Below the pieces are notes generated by a model, which saw nothing but the letters and a program-made list of their open reading frames with translations, was not told where the DNA came from and ran no database searches. From Octopus sinensis (taxonomy: Eukaryota), in the NCBI RefSeq assembly GCF_006345805.1, contig NC_043004.1, positions 5,518,001-5,582,000 of the forward strand: a stretch of DNA of 64,000 nucleotides, read 5' to 3'. Below are positions 1 to 12,519 of this stretch, one piece after another; positions within the stretch are counted from its first letter, which is position 1, and the number at the start of each line of letters is the position of its first letter. A program made the translations under genes and the position numbers.

Positions 1-139
1 TTTCCCTGCTTGCTTGGGTCAGATGGAATTTGTTAACAAATTGTTCATATTTGGTTGATTAAAAATGAAATGGCAAGTATTTATTGACCTTTTTCCTTCC
101 TTTAAAAATCAGCACGGACATTCTGGACAACCCAATACA

Positions 140-262
140 TTAAGGGTACATGTATCCGTGGAGTGCTCAGCCATTTACACATTAATTTCATGAGCAGGCT
201 GTTCGGTTGATCGTATCAACTGGAACCCTCGTCATCGCAACCAATGGAGTGCCAGCCTTTTT
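140..262 (+). mobile_element. SINE family B1, 3' fragment
   Basis: Matches the tail of the full copies at 1586-1914 and 58249-58548 (cccttaa/gtggagtgctcagcc...caactggaaccctcgtc). Confidence 0.7.
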
Positions 263-282
263 TTTCATTTCTTTGACGTTAC

Positions 283-322
283 TCCACCTCACCCAATTCC
301 CTTTCAGCCATAATGAAATGAA
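283..322 (-). CDS. Candidate first coding exon of an unidentified host gene (MAERELG...)
   Basis: Minus strand: pyrimidine-rich acceptor ttattttattttcag ends at 323. ATG at 311-309 is in A(-3)/G(+4) context. Possible donors are GTGAGG (292) or GTAACG (282). Confidence 0.3.
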
Positions 323-532
323 CTGAAAATAAAATAATAATATAAAAAAAAATATAATTTTCAAAAAAATGTGCTAATGAATTAATTTCATTAATTGAGC
401 TTAACAATTTTTGGAGGCGAAAATATTTAAGGCTACAACATAAGCAAGAATAAAACAATTTTTTTCTCTCAGAATCGGTCTTAAACTCTACTAAAGAATA
501 CAATATTTAATGACCTACAACATGTCACTTAC
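323..532 (-). other. Candidate 210-nt GT-AG intron
   Basis: Strong donor GA|GTAAGTGA at 532 and strong acceptor ttttcag at 323 on the same strand. Confidence 0.35.
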
Positions 533-1269
533 TCTATAACTTGGCTGATATCAAATTCTAAGGTTTGGCACCAAATGGTATTTTTATGTAGCTGTTTTTG
601 CTGCCGTTTATTTTATTATTTTTCTCTTTTGTTTATTTGTTTGTGATTTTTGGTGGAAAATTTTTTTATTTAATCATTAGTTTTATTTATTCATTTCTAT
701 GTTTATTTACATTTTTATTTGATTATTTTTCTCTCATTTTGATTTTTTGTTTTTATTTTTATTTTCGGTATTTTTCTCCTGGGGGCTAATTACATTTTCA
801 GTAAACCTATTCCTGTCGATATATCGAGCCTACTTGCCAAATTTTCTGGCACAGGTAGAAGCAAGGTCTGAAGTGTATGACAACCAAAAATGAGAGATGG
901 AAGCTAGAACGGGTTGGAAATTAAACACTAATAAATAAACACAAACAAACAAACAAATATATAAACAAACAAACAAATATATATATAAACAAACAAACAT
1001 ATATATATAAATAAATAATATTCTGAGCTACAAATGAAGCAAAGAGTTTAAATGCCTTTTTAAAGTAGGTAATATTAGTAGCTAAAATTTAATTCTGCAT
1101 AAGCCATCAGTAGCTGGCTTCACGTTGAATATATCAAATGTAACATATGTTAATGTTAAATGAACTTTTGCATTCCTAGTTGACTTGAACTTACAGGGTG
1201 GTGTTGTGTTTAAAAATTTTCACTAGCAACAGAAATTAAACTTAGCCATGAGTCAAGGTCTGATGGGTT

Positions 1270-1313
1270 TATATATATATATATATAATATACACACACA
1301 CACATATACATAC

Positions 1314-1358
<45 letters not shown>

Positions 1359-1367
1359 TGCACATAC

Positions 1368-1410
<43 letters not shown>

Positions 1411-1413
1411 TAT

Positions 1414-1444
<31 letters not shown>

Positions 1445-1585
1445 CACATACATACATATATGAATTTTTATGTATGTTCAGGAATAAATTTACACAAGCA
1501 CACATACACACACGCACACATGCACATGCACACACACTGACATACATATACATTCTCACTCATGTATATGTATATATATATATAT
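1270..1585. repeat. Compound (TA)n/(CA)n/(TACA)n microsatellite
   Basis: Directly visible; explains the YI/HT-repeat ORFs. Confidence 0.95.
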
Positions 1586-1914
1586 CTTTCCTTTACTCCG
1601 CCGGTTACGACGACGAGGGTCCCAGCTGATACGATCAACGGAACAGCTTGCTCGTGAAATTAACGTGCAAATGGCTGAGCATTCCACAGACACGTGTACC
1701 CTTAACGTAGTTCTCGGGGATAATCAGCGTGACACAGAGAGTGACAAGGCTGACCCTTTGAAATACAAGTACAACTCATTTTTGCCAGCTGAGTGGACTG
1801 GAGCAACGTGAAATAAAGTGTCTTGCTCAAGGACACAACGCGTCGCCGGGAATCGTACTCACAACCTTACGATCATGAGCCGAATGCCCTAACCACTAAG
1901 CCACGCGCCCTCAC
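1586..1914 (-). mobile_element. tRNA-derived SINE family B1, full length
   Basis: Minus strand head has A box TGGCTTAGTGG and a B-box-like gagtacgattcc. Central cttgagcaagacactttatttcacgttgctccag is shared with other copies. Confidence 0.9.
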
Positions 1915-1929
1915 ATATATATATATATG

Positions 1930-2001
<72 letters not shown>

Positions 2002-2012
2002 GGAAGGAAGGA

Positions 2013-3022
2013 AGGAATGAAGCCAGTATGATCCGATGGATGTGTAATGTCAGTGTGCATACTCGACAGAGTGTAAGTACTTTGAGAGAAAAGTTGGACC
2101 TAAGAAGCATTAGATGTGGTGTGCTAGAGAGACGACTGCGCTGGTATGGTCATGTGGTGAGAATGGATGAGGATAGCTGTGTGAAAAAGTGCCACACCCT
2201 AGCGCTTGAGGGAACCTGTGGAAGAGGTAGATCCAGGAAGACCTGGGATGAAGTGGTGAAGCATGACCTTCGAACATTAGGCCCCACCAAGGAAATGACT
2301 AGCGACCGAAACTTTTGGAAATATGCTGTGCTTGAGAAGACTCGGCAAGCTAAATAAGACCATAACCTGTGGCGTATGCCAGGAGCATAACCAGCCCGCT
2401 TATGCATACCTTTTCCTTCTTTGGTCACTAAACTCTGCTTGCGAAGACCTGTTGAGGCAAATGAAATCAAAATCAAATTCGATGACTGGCATCCGTGCTA
2501 GCGGGGTGCAGAGAGAGCACCATACGAGTGTGATCGTTTGACAGAGCAGCTAACTGGCTTCCGTGCCAGTGGCACATAAAAGGGCACCATTCGAGTGTGA
2601 TCATTACCAGTATCACCTTACTGGCACTTGTGCCCATGCTAGTAGGGTGCCAAGAGTACCATCTGAGTGTGATCGCTGCCAGAGCAGCCAACTGGCTTCC
2701 GTGCCAGTGGCACGTGAAAGGGTACCATTCGAGCGTGATTGTTACCAACGTCGCCTTACTGGCACCTGTGCTGGTGGCATGTGTAAAAAGTTTCAAGTGA
2801 GGTCATTGCCAGTACCACCTGACTGGCCCCCATGCCGGTGGCACGTAAAAAGCAGCCACTACACTCTCAGAGTGGTTGGCATTAGGAAGGGCATCCAGCT
2901 GTAGAAACTCTGCCAGATCAAGATTGGAGCCTGGTGCAGCCATCTGGTTCGCCAGCCCTCAGTCAAAATCGTTCAACCCATGCTAGCATGAAAAGTGGAC
3001 GTTAAACGTCGATGATGATGAT
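2013..3022 (+). mobile_element. RTE-clade LINE, 5'-truncated 3' end (ORF C-terminus, hairpin-repeat 3'UTR, (GAT)n tail)
   Basis: ORF 2028-2357 has RRLRWYGHVVRM...GRGRSRKTW, typical of the RTE C-terminus. Nearly identical to 37445-38302. Confidence 0.93.
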
Positions 3023-3189
3023 ATACACATATATATATATAGTTGTATGTATTTTGGCATGTGTGTGTGTGCATGCATGTATTTGTGTGTCCAACCCATG
3101 CCACCATAGAAGTCAGCTATCAAATGATGATGATGATGATGAGGAGGAGGAGGAGGAGGAGAGAGGTATGAAGGGAGGAGAAGGATGAG

Positions 3190-3660
3190 CAACTGTAGGA
3201 AAAGTATTTAGCAAAAAGTAAACTGAGCTGTACTTGACATTTGTTGACCTGGAGAAAACCTTCGTTTACAATCTAGTGGTCACTGCAAAAATTAAGGGCA
3301 GATGAATGGCTGATGAGAGCCACCCATGCCATGTTCAAAGATGCTTTCAGTCATGTGGGAGTTAACAACAAGTACAGTGACTAGAGTTCATCAGGGCTTG
3401 CTTTCAGGCCCCTCCTTTTTAATATTGTCCTCCAGGCTACAGCAGAGGAGTTTTAGGCCAGCTGCCCACGGGAACTTCTCTATGCTAATGACCTTGTTCT
3501 GGTTACAAAAATGGTCGCAAGATTAGAAATTTCATTTGTGGAAGCAAGACCTGTAAATAGAGGTCCTTAAAATTAAGTTACAAAAGACCAAAATCCTAGT
3601 AAGCAGGAAAACAGATAAACCAGTAATCCCTTCAGGAAAACAGCTCTGCTTGGTATGTAT
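3190..3660 (+). mobile_element. Degenerate RTE reverse-transcriptase fragment
   Basis: Homologous to 36530-37040 (tttgttgacctggagaaaacc, gatgaatggctgatgagagc, gctaatgaccttgttct); many stops and indels. Confidence 0.75.
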
Positions 3661-3674
3661 AAAAATTGCAAGTA

Positions 3675-4510
3675 GTTATTCCATTGAGCTGAATTGTGTT
3701 GAAAGCTTCAGGTACCTAGGCAGCACCATCTCTGCAGATGGTTTATTGGATAAAAAGATCACATCCAGGATCCAGAAAGCCAGCCAAGCACTTTGTAGAC
3801 TCAGAGTTAAAGTACTACAACAGAAGGGTGTGTGCCTGTCCATGAAACACAAGATATACAAAGCTGTCGTTCTCTCCGTGCTGCTGTATGGTTGGGAAAT
3901 GTGGCCGCTATACTGCTGGCACATTAAGCAGCTAGAATAGTTCCATGCAAGATCACTGCGCACAATCTGTGCATCTGCTAGCAGGACAGAGTCTCCAACC
4001 AAGAAGTCCTAGACAGAGCAGAGTCCACGAGTGTCGAGGCACTTCTGCTCAAAGCTCAGTTGTGCTGGGCCACCCACATCATCAGAATGAACAACCACTA
4101 CATCCCTAGACAACTGATGCATGGTGAGCTGAAGGAAGGCACAAAGCAACAAAGAAGACCCAAGTTGAGGTATAAAGACACCCTAAAGGGGCAACCTAAA
4201 GTGGTGTGGCATCCAGCCTCACAAACACGAGCCCATAGCCACAAACCGGGCTACCTGGAGGTCAATCACCTACACTGCTGTAGCTGCCTTTGAGGAGGAT
4301 AGATGACAATGCCTTGCAGCCACAAGAAACAGATGTCACTGAGTCACCTCATCCTCAGTCCCGACCACAGAATACCAGTGTCCAACCTGCAGGTGCCTGT
4401 GTGCTTCAAGCTTTGGGCTGTGGAGCCACATGTGTTCCTACCACTGACTGCTGAGACTGCAGACTACATCTTCATTGGTGATCAATGGACTACCAAGAGA
4501 GAAGAGAGTA
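3675..4510 (+). mobile_element. RTE (BovB-like) LINE 3' fragment
   Basis: VESFRYLGSTIS...KIYKAVVLSVLLYGWEMW...IPRQLMHGELKEG...RPKLRYKDTLK are RTE post-RT motifs; disrupted. Confidence 0.85.
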
Positions 4511-4789
4511 TCTAATACAAACTATAGACACACAAGAGGTACAGTGTAATCACTGAAAGGTTAAAAGAGAAAATAGAATTTGAGATGGATGTGTAGGAGC
4601 AATAAATTCTAAGAACACATGGGAAATAGATTTTCTTGAATGCCCAGGAGGTTCCCTAGAGATACTAGATAGCTTCTGTTATTTAAGTGACCAAATTAGC
4701 AGTGGCGGAGGATGTTCTAAAAATATAGTTGCTTGAATAAGAACAGGATGGAAAAAGTTCTGAGAACTTTTACCTCTGTTGGTAACAAA

Positions 4790-5150
4790 TACCTCTCTCA
4801 GGGGAAAAGCCAAATCGCATGGTACTTGTGTATGAACAACAGTGCTACGTTGTATTAAAATGTGGCCCTGAATGCAGAGGACATCTGAAAGAAACTGAAA
4901 GAAATGAAGCTAGCATACTCCATTGGATGTGCAACATTAGTGAGCATATATGACTAAGTACAAATGTGTTGAGAGAAAAATTAGGCTTAAGAGGTATCAG
5001 ATATAGTGTGCAAAAGAGAAAACAATGCCTGTATGGTCATGTGATGGGTATAGATGAGGACATTTGAATAAAGAAGTGCCAATCGCTAAAAGTGGAAAAT
5101 ATTAATAGAAGAGCAAGACCCAGGAAGATGCAGGACAAAGTTGTGAAGTC
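4790..5150 (+). mobile_element. Degenerate RTE fragment continuing 3190-3660
   Basis: gaaagaaatgaagctagcatactccattggatgtgc and gagagaaaaattaggcttaagagg align to the RTE at 23685-24020. Confidence 0.7.
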
Positions 5151-5157
5151 CAATATC

Positions 5158-5405
5158 ATCATCATTGTCATCGTTTAACATCCGTTTTTCATGCTGACAT
5201 GGTTTGGATGGTTTGACTGGAGTCTGGGAAGCCAGGAGGCTGCACCAGGCCCCAATCTGACCTGGCAATGTTTCTATGGCTGGTTGCCCTTCCTAATGCC
5301 AACCCCTCCGAGAGTGTAGTGGGTGCTTTTTATGTGTCACACACACAGGGGCCAGAGGAGCTGGCTTCGAGCATGATCGGATGGTGCTTTTTATGTGCCA
5401 CCGGC
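5158..5405 (-). mobile_element. RTE 3' tail copy
   Basis: (CAT)n-cgtttaacatccg...ttcctaatgccaacc is the reverse complement of 2850-3022. Confidence 0.85.
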
Positions 5406-5727
5406 ATCCCTCCTCTTACTATATATATATATAGTACTATATATATAAATATAGTACTATATATATATATATAAAGTAAGAGGAAAGATGTAATGTCCAG
5501 GCAGATACTGAATTTCACTGAGTAAAAAGCCAAGGCTGGTTCCTTCTGATGGTGTGGTTTTTGGTAATCTTCCTTTAGCTCTCATCCAGTGTTCTAGTTT
5601 ATTTCTTGGCTAATTAGAGTGTAAAATACAATATTGATAATAAGGGAATTGAAAAATTTGAACATTTTATTGAATGTTCAAATTCTACACTCTCCTTATT
5701 ATCTATCTATATGTGTATATATATATA

Positions 5728-5840
5728 TCATCATCATCGTTTAACGTCCGCTTTCCATGCTAGCATGGGTTGGACGGTTCAACTGGGGTCTGGGAAGCCC
5801 AAAGGCTGCACCAGGCCAGTCAGATCTGGCAGTGTTTCTA
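5728..5840 (-). mobile_element. RTE 3' tail copy (short)
   Basis: catcatcatcgtttaacgtccgctttccatgctagcatgggttgg. Confidence 0.85.
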
Positions 5841-6024
5841 CACATATATATATATACACACACATACACATACATGTGTGTGTGAGTGTGCGTGTGTATT
5901 TGGTTTTTCTAGTGGTCACAAGTAATACAACGGGGGGAATAATCATTTCTCCATAGTCTAGGACAGGATTAGGAATTTGAAATTGAAATTAAGTTAATAA
6001 AGAAAAAGTTGCAAAGAATTCACA

Positions 6025-6460
6025 CTCATACACTCACATACTCACACACACACACACACCACCACATACACACACACACACACACACGCCACACACACAC
6101 ACACACACACTCACTCATTCACACAATCACTCTCACATGCACACACACACACACACATACTCATATGTACACTCACACACACACACCTTCACATGCACAC
6201 ACACTCTCTTGCATGCTCACACACATGCACACACACACTCTCGCATGCACACACACGCACACACACGCTCTCACATACTCTCTCTCTCTCACACACACAC
6301 ACTCTCGCATGCACATACACACATACACACGCACACACACACCCTTGCATGCACGCACACATGCACACCCATCCTCGCATCCACACACACATGCACAGGC
6401 AAACACTACCTCACACACACACACAACCTCGCATGCACACACACCCACACACACACACAC
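6025..6460. repeat. Degenerate (CA)n microsatellite
   Basis: Directly visible. Confidence 0.95.
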
Positions 6461-6894
6461 AGAGCTCTGGTATGCTGAACAGCTTTGACGGCTGAACAAA
6501 AATGAACTAAGCCTGATCCTTCAAGTTGTGCAACGTCAATTTATGAGAAGCAAATAAAGGCTGCAATTCATGTGATTTAAAACCGTGAATGACAAACAAT
6601 GGTTTGGTGAATACGTTGTGGAACAGCTGCTACAGAGCTGTGGAGATTATGAAATGTAAAAGGACTATGGTTTGTGAATAAGAGGAAAATCTGTCATGAG
6701 TAATTCAGTGAAAGAAGACCTGATTAGATGCAATGGAATCAAGTCTGTGAGTTATTGGGTCCTTGCAGAAAGTGACATTGGTTGAAAGGATTTGAGGTAA
6801 TCTGTTTGGCAAATTTGTCCATTACTTTGCTGGCATGGAAAATCGGATGTTTCCATCTATTGTGACTTTCCATAAAAAGCAAAGAATAAACAAC

Positions 6895-7400
6895 AAGGAT
6901 GATGATGATGATGATGCAATGAGGCTGACAATTCTGGCAATAATTGTTATGGTGGTGGTGGTACTGGATGGTGATGGTGATGATGATGACGATGGTGTTG
7001 GTGGTAGTAGTGGTGGTGATAATAATGATGAATATGTTGACAAAAAACAGGATGCAGCAGATAGCTATGTTGAAGATGAGGATAAAGAGGAGGGAGATGA
7101 AGATTGTGATGACGATGATGATGATGATGATGATGGTGATGATAATGGTGATGATGATGATGATGATGACAATGACAACAACTATGATGATGATGATGAT
7201 GTTGACAATGATAATGACACTCATGATGATGATTATGATGGCGATGATGAGGGTGAAGACAGCAACAACGATGTGTGGTGATGATGATGATGATAATAAG
7301 ATGATGACGATGACAACAATGCCACCACTGCTGCTGATAATGAAAACGGTGACAATGATGATGATAATGGCAATGATGACAAAATCATTGATGATATTGG
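6895..7400. repeat. Degenerate (GAT)n/(GGT)n trinucleotide tract
   Basis: Directly visible; gives the poly-D/M/I ORFs. Confidence 0.9.
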
Positions 7401-8734
7401 CAATGAATACATATATGATAATTTACATTTTATGATATTGTAAAAGAAAAAAAATATTTGGATTATTTCGAAAATTTCTATCCAAAACCAAGAATATGGA
7501 ATAATCACATGAAGTAACAAATATAACACATTGAGTTGTTATGATGGAATTGGCTAAAATTTTGCAGACTAGCTTTTATTTTCATGAATTTAGCTGCTAT
7601 GTCAAAAATGAATGGCATTTGATACGCTTCTTATTTCTTTCCAATGTTACTCTTAAAACTAATTTGGGAACAACTTCATCACCTACCCTAATGTTTTTCT
7701 TTTTCTTTTTCTTTTTTTTCTTTCTGGATCAAATAACAAATTTGAAACACTGCCCAAGAAAGTAATTAAGAAGGGATATTAGATGAAATTTCAAATACCA
7801 AAAATGACTTCTCCCAAACTCTCTTTCTGTCTTTATCATTCACCTCTCTCTCTCTCTCTCTCACTTTCTCTTTTTCCCTCTGTCATTCTCTCATTTGTTC
7901 CTTCCCTCCTTCTAATCTCCTTTACATAACTGTGACCACACGCCATGCCAGCTACACTGCTTCTTACAACAGACCACTGTTGAAATGACTGTCAGTGAAG
8001 CATGAAAGAGTCATACTGAAAAATTTTTCCAAGAGATTGGCTGAATAACCAATCTCAATGTCTCCTGAAATTTTTCTGAAAAACATTTTTACTTCATTGC
8101 TTGCCTCCCCACTTTCTTGTCTTCCTGTTTATTATTCGGTCTCTTTGAGAGAAATGATTTCCTTACAAAAACTTCTGGCAAAAATATTAAGTAATCAGCC
8201 TGAAAGGAACTGGGGGAAAATAATCTTCCTTCAAGCCATTCCTGTTTGCTAACTGGCAGTTGGGGAGCAATGCTCTCTCTCTATCTCCCCACCTCTCTCT
8301 CTCTGATTCTACAGTAAAATAATCCTGCAAACTTTATAGACTGGTCCATATAGTGTTGTTTCTAGGGTTTGTGACACTCCTGGGTAAACTGAACTATGGT
8401 ATGCTGACATGTATAATCCTTCCCTCCCAACAGAAGTCCCATCCTTTGCTTGATATATCAACTACAATGCTTTACATACTAACAGGATTGTAATTTCTAA
8501 TATTTCCATAAATTTCTACCAAGTATGACAAAAATATGAAATAAATATTCAAGAGCAAAGCATCTCATGATATCCCTTCAAAAATTCCCCCTTTCTCAAG
8601 GAAAAAAGGTTGAGCATGTGTCCTATATCTTGAACTGGGTTGGTTTATGTCACAGAATGTATATAAGTTATCTCTCACCTAGAGTATGCATCTTCACAGA
8701 CATTCCCATGATCATCGTCACTGTTTTAATGTGC

Positions 8735-8880
8735 ACTTTTCTGTGCTTGCAAGGGTCAGAGAGGATTCAGTGTGGTGGATTTTTTTTATAGCTGGATGCC
8801 CATTCTATCACCAACCTTCATCTGTTTCCAAGCAAAGTAATATATCTCCATGGTTGAACAAAAGATTGGAAACTAAGGTT
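8735..8880 (-). mobile_element. Old RTE-type 3' tail
   Basis: tttaatgtgcacttttctgtgcttgc...tagctggatgccc resembles the other tails. Confidence 0.5.
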
Positions 8881-9513
8881 GGTGAAACTCGTTTACAATT
8901 ATTGTCTGATGTCAAGACAAAGGGAAACACATGTGTGCACATGTGCACATACATACGCACATACACACATACATATGCACATGTGCACATACATATGCAC
9001 ATATATACATACATATGTTCACAGATGAGATCCTGATATTCTCTGTATAGAATACACTTAGTAGTGCTCAAAAGATTCAAAGTTAGACTCCGATATCTTT
9101 ACAGGGGATTATTCCACAAGATACAAAACGGCACAAGAGGGATCAGGTCGATTCCATCCTTGAACTTCTCTGCAATAAGATCTGAAATGTAAGATCTCTT
9201 CCCTGAAGACAGAGGCTTGTCTCATCCTATGTTAAATGCATCCATATGACTGCATTTTCTGATGGACTAAATCTACAAATATTATTATGGATCACCGAAC
9301 CCTCAGAAACAGCTGTTTGTCTTGTAACACCTTTCTTTGACCCCTTTAATTTTCTCTGTCATTTGTACTCTGTGTAAGTTGAACACTTTTATATGTATAC
9401 ATATTTGTATTTGATGTATTTAATATACTTTTATAGACTGATGTGTCTAATTTGCTTATCTCCACATTTACTTCTATATACATACATACATAAATATGTA
9501 TATATATATACAT

Positions 9514-9547
<34 letters not shown>

Positions 9548-9559
9548 TGTGAGAGAGAG

Positions 9560-10830
9560 AGATATGTGTACATATGTTGTACCCACTTCTTCACAGGTAC
9601 TTTCATCTCATCTGTGTCATTAAATTATTGTCCCCAGAAACTACTTCAATGGCCCAAACAGGTGGGAGTCAGAAGGTGCTAGGTTTGGGCTGTACAGAGG
9701 GTGGGGAACATGGACCAGTCAAGTTTTCCAATGTGACTGATTTGTTGACAAAGATATGTGTGGTTGCACATTGTCATGGTGAATGCGGATTGTTTGGTTT
9801 CTTCCTTCTAATGGTTTCTCTAAGTTTTTTAAGTGTCTCCATGTACCAATTGGCTGTTCACAGTACAGCTATGTTCCAGAAAATTCAAGGACAATAACAC
9901 CCTTGTCACCCTGCTAAGCAGTCACCATGACTTTGTGTGCTGATTGCTGGCTCATAACCATGTTAGGTCTTGGAGAGGAGATGTGACACCTTGTTTGATA
10001 GACTAAGCCTTCGTTGCTTGAGCATAAAGATATGCCCACATTTCATCTCCTGACACCAGACTGGATAAAATATGTCTTCACTGGATTCAGATGCTTCCAG
10101 CATATCAGAGCAGGTTTCCACCTTTTTCTCCTTCAAATTTAGTGTCATCTGCTGAGGTACACACTTTACACACACATGTAAAACACCCATGCTAGCACCA
10201 TGCAAAGAGCACTTTTGCTGATACCACATGAAGAGGACCCATGCTGGCGTCATGTATTTAGCACCTGTACTAGCACCACATAAAAGGTACATATACTGGA
10301 ACCATGTAAAAACCACTCAATACACCCTGTAAAGTTGTTGGTGTTAGGGAGGGCATCCAGCTGTAGAAACCATGCCACAATAGACAATGAGAGCCTGGGG
10401 CAGTTCTCCAACTGGACAGCTCCTGTCACCCCATCTGACCCATGCCAGCATGGAAAACAGATATTAAACATCAAGGATAATAATGATGATTTCTGATACC
10501 CAAAGACTTCTGACATCTTCTGTAATGCATTATGATTGCTGTCCAGTTGTGCTACAAGCTTGCATATTGTGACTCAACAATCTATGAGAACCAGTTTATC
10601 TACTCACTGGCAATTTGTGTCAGTTATCACTGTTAATGGTGTTATCTCCGTAAACAACCTGTTTAACTTATGTGTTTGTTGGGTTGCTTGCATCCTTCTT
10701 TCACCAAAGAACTCATTGACAACATGTTGCTCCAATTTGGAACCCAATATTTGCCTGCAATAAAGAAGAACAGGAAGAGGAGTTACGATAGAGGAAGTGT
10801 GGCTCTACTCACGTTGAGAAAAAAAGTTAT
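9560..10830 (-). mobile_element. Mariner transposase relic (pseudogene) interrupted by an RTE tail
   Basis: Minus-strand translation across frameshifts gives LVSGDEMW, HHDNVQPH and HPLYSPNLAPSDSHLFGPLK, which match the mariner catalytic motifs (TGDETW, HDNA.PH, YSPDLAPSD). Confidence 0.85.
10175..10490 (+). mobile_element. RTE 3' tail copy nested in the mariner relic
   Basis: gttggtgttagggagggcatccagctgtagaaacc...cccatgccagcatggaaaac...gataataatgatgat. Confidence 0.8.
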
Positions 10831-11031
10831 GCCCTTTTAGTAGAACCATATAGATAGACACACACACACACACACACGTGCGCGCATGCATGCACATGCA
10901 TGCATACATACATAATATATACGTAGTGGAGTGCACTAATTACAAATACAACTTGTGTGTTGTAGAGACCTATTTATCAATTCTGGAAGTAAACAAACAT
11001 TTACAGACTTAATGAAATATTTGAAGAAGGA

Positions 11032-11032
11032 A

Positions 11033-11077
<45 letters not shown>

Positions 11078-11105
11078 CAGTAGCAGCAGCAGCGGTAGTA
11101 GTAGT
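11032..11105. repeat. (TAG)n/(CAG)n microsatellite
   Basis: Directly visible. Confidence 0.9.
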
Positions 11106-11383
11106 AACTGCTTCTAAATCTTCAAAAATTTAACTTTAATGACAGTTACAGGAAGCCTCTTTGTGATTAGTTGACATACTGGAAATAGTAGCCAAATTTA
11201 GAGTGTAGACTTAATTTGTTGCCTGCTTTTACATTAGCCACTTGGTCTTTGTGTGACTTCAGTGAAGTTTACCCCTTAGTTGTAAGCAGTCATGTCTCAA
11301 ATCTGGTTTGAGGATAACTTCTTCCTCTCTTCTAAAAGTCTTAGGGGCCCTGAAAAATAAAAGGTCATAGATACTGTCCTCCT

Positions 11384-12250
11384 GGACGGTTTGACTGAGG
11401 ACTGGCAAACCAGATGGCTGCACCAGGCTCCAATCTGATCTGGCAGAGTTTCTACAGCTGGATGCCCTTCTAATGCCAACCACCCTGAGAGTGTAGTGGG
11501 TGCTTTTACATGCCACTGGCACAAGGGCCAGTCAGGCGATTCTGGCAATGACTACACTCAAACGGTGTTTTTACATGCTACCTGCATGGGAGCCAGTCTG
11601 GCAGCACTAGCAATGACCACACTCAAATGTTGTTTTTCACGTGTCACCAACACATGTGCCAGTAAGGCAATTCTGGCAACGATCACGCTTGAATGGTGCT
11701 TTTCACGTATCACCGGCACTGGAGCCAATTCGTGGCCCTAGCAACAATCACGCTCGGATATGCTTTTAATGTTCCACTGGCATGCATGCCAATCAGGCAG
11801 TACTGCTATTGGCCATGTCAGCAATTTTGATTATGATTTCACTTGCCTCAATAGGTCTTCGCAAGGAAAGTTTATTGTCCAATGAATATGGGGTATTCAT
11901 AAGTGGGCTGGTTAACCCACTGGCATAAGCCATGGGCTATGGTTTCACTTGGCTTGTCGGGTCTTCTCAAGCACAGCATATCTCCAAAGGTCCTGGTCAC
12001 TAGTCATTGCCTCGGTAAGGCCCAATGTTTGAAGGCCATACGTCACCACCTCATCCCAGGTTTTCCTGGGTCTACCTCTTCCACAGGTTCCCTCAACTGC
12101 TAGGATGTGACACTTTTTCACACAGCTATCCTCATTCATTCACAACACATGACCATACCAGCGCAGTCGTCTCTCTTGCACACCACATCTGATGCTTCTT
12201 AAATCCAACTTTTCTCTCAGGGTGCTTACACTCTGTCATGTATGCACACT
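11384..12250 (-). mobile_element. RTE LINE 3' end
   Basis: ORF 11945-12139 (EDSCVKKCH...GRGRPRKTWDEVV) plus the hairpin-repeat 3'UTR. Confidence 0.9.
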
Positions 12251-12308
12251 TAGAATAAACTTTGTACAACTTTTTAATATCTTATCTCCTCCATTTTTGA
12301 CAAATATG

Positions 12309-12346
<38 letters not shown>

Positions 12347-12348
<2 letters not shown>

Positions 12349-12519
12349 AAGTAACAAGAAGATGGATTTGGTATTAATCTTTATTTTGTACAATGGTCGT
12401 TTCAACCCAACGTGCTACTGTCCTTTATAGGACATTTGCAGGATTGATTGATAACAGGATGGGTCATAATGTCTGTTGTACAAAATAAAGATTAATACCA
12501 AATCTATCTCGTTACTTAA
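12347..12519. repeat. Inverted repeat (about 45-bp arms)
   Basis: ttaagtaac...ggatttggtattaatcttttattttgtacaa versus ttgtacaaaataaagattaataccaaatc...gttacttaa. Confidence 0.85.

Noticed and set aside
6835-7281. Acidic poly-Asp ORF (148 aa)
   Set aside because: A degenerate (GAT)n tract; all frames give homopolymers, and the adjacent sequence resembles a decayed RTE tail.
9202-9320. CTGAAGA/CTGATG...GAAACAGCTGTT hammerhead look-alike
   Set aside because: No convincing stem I or II could be formed; at most a decayed relic.
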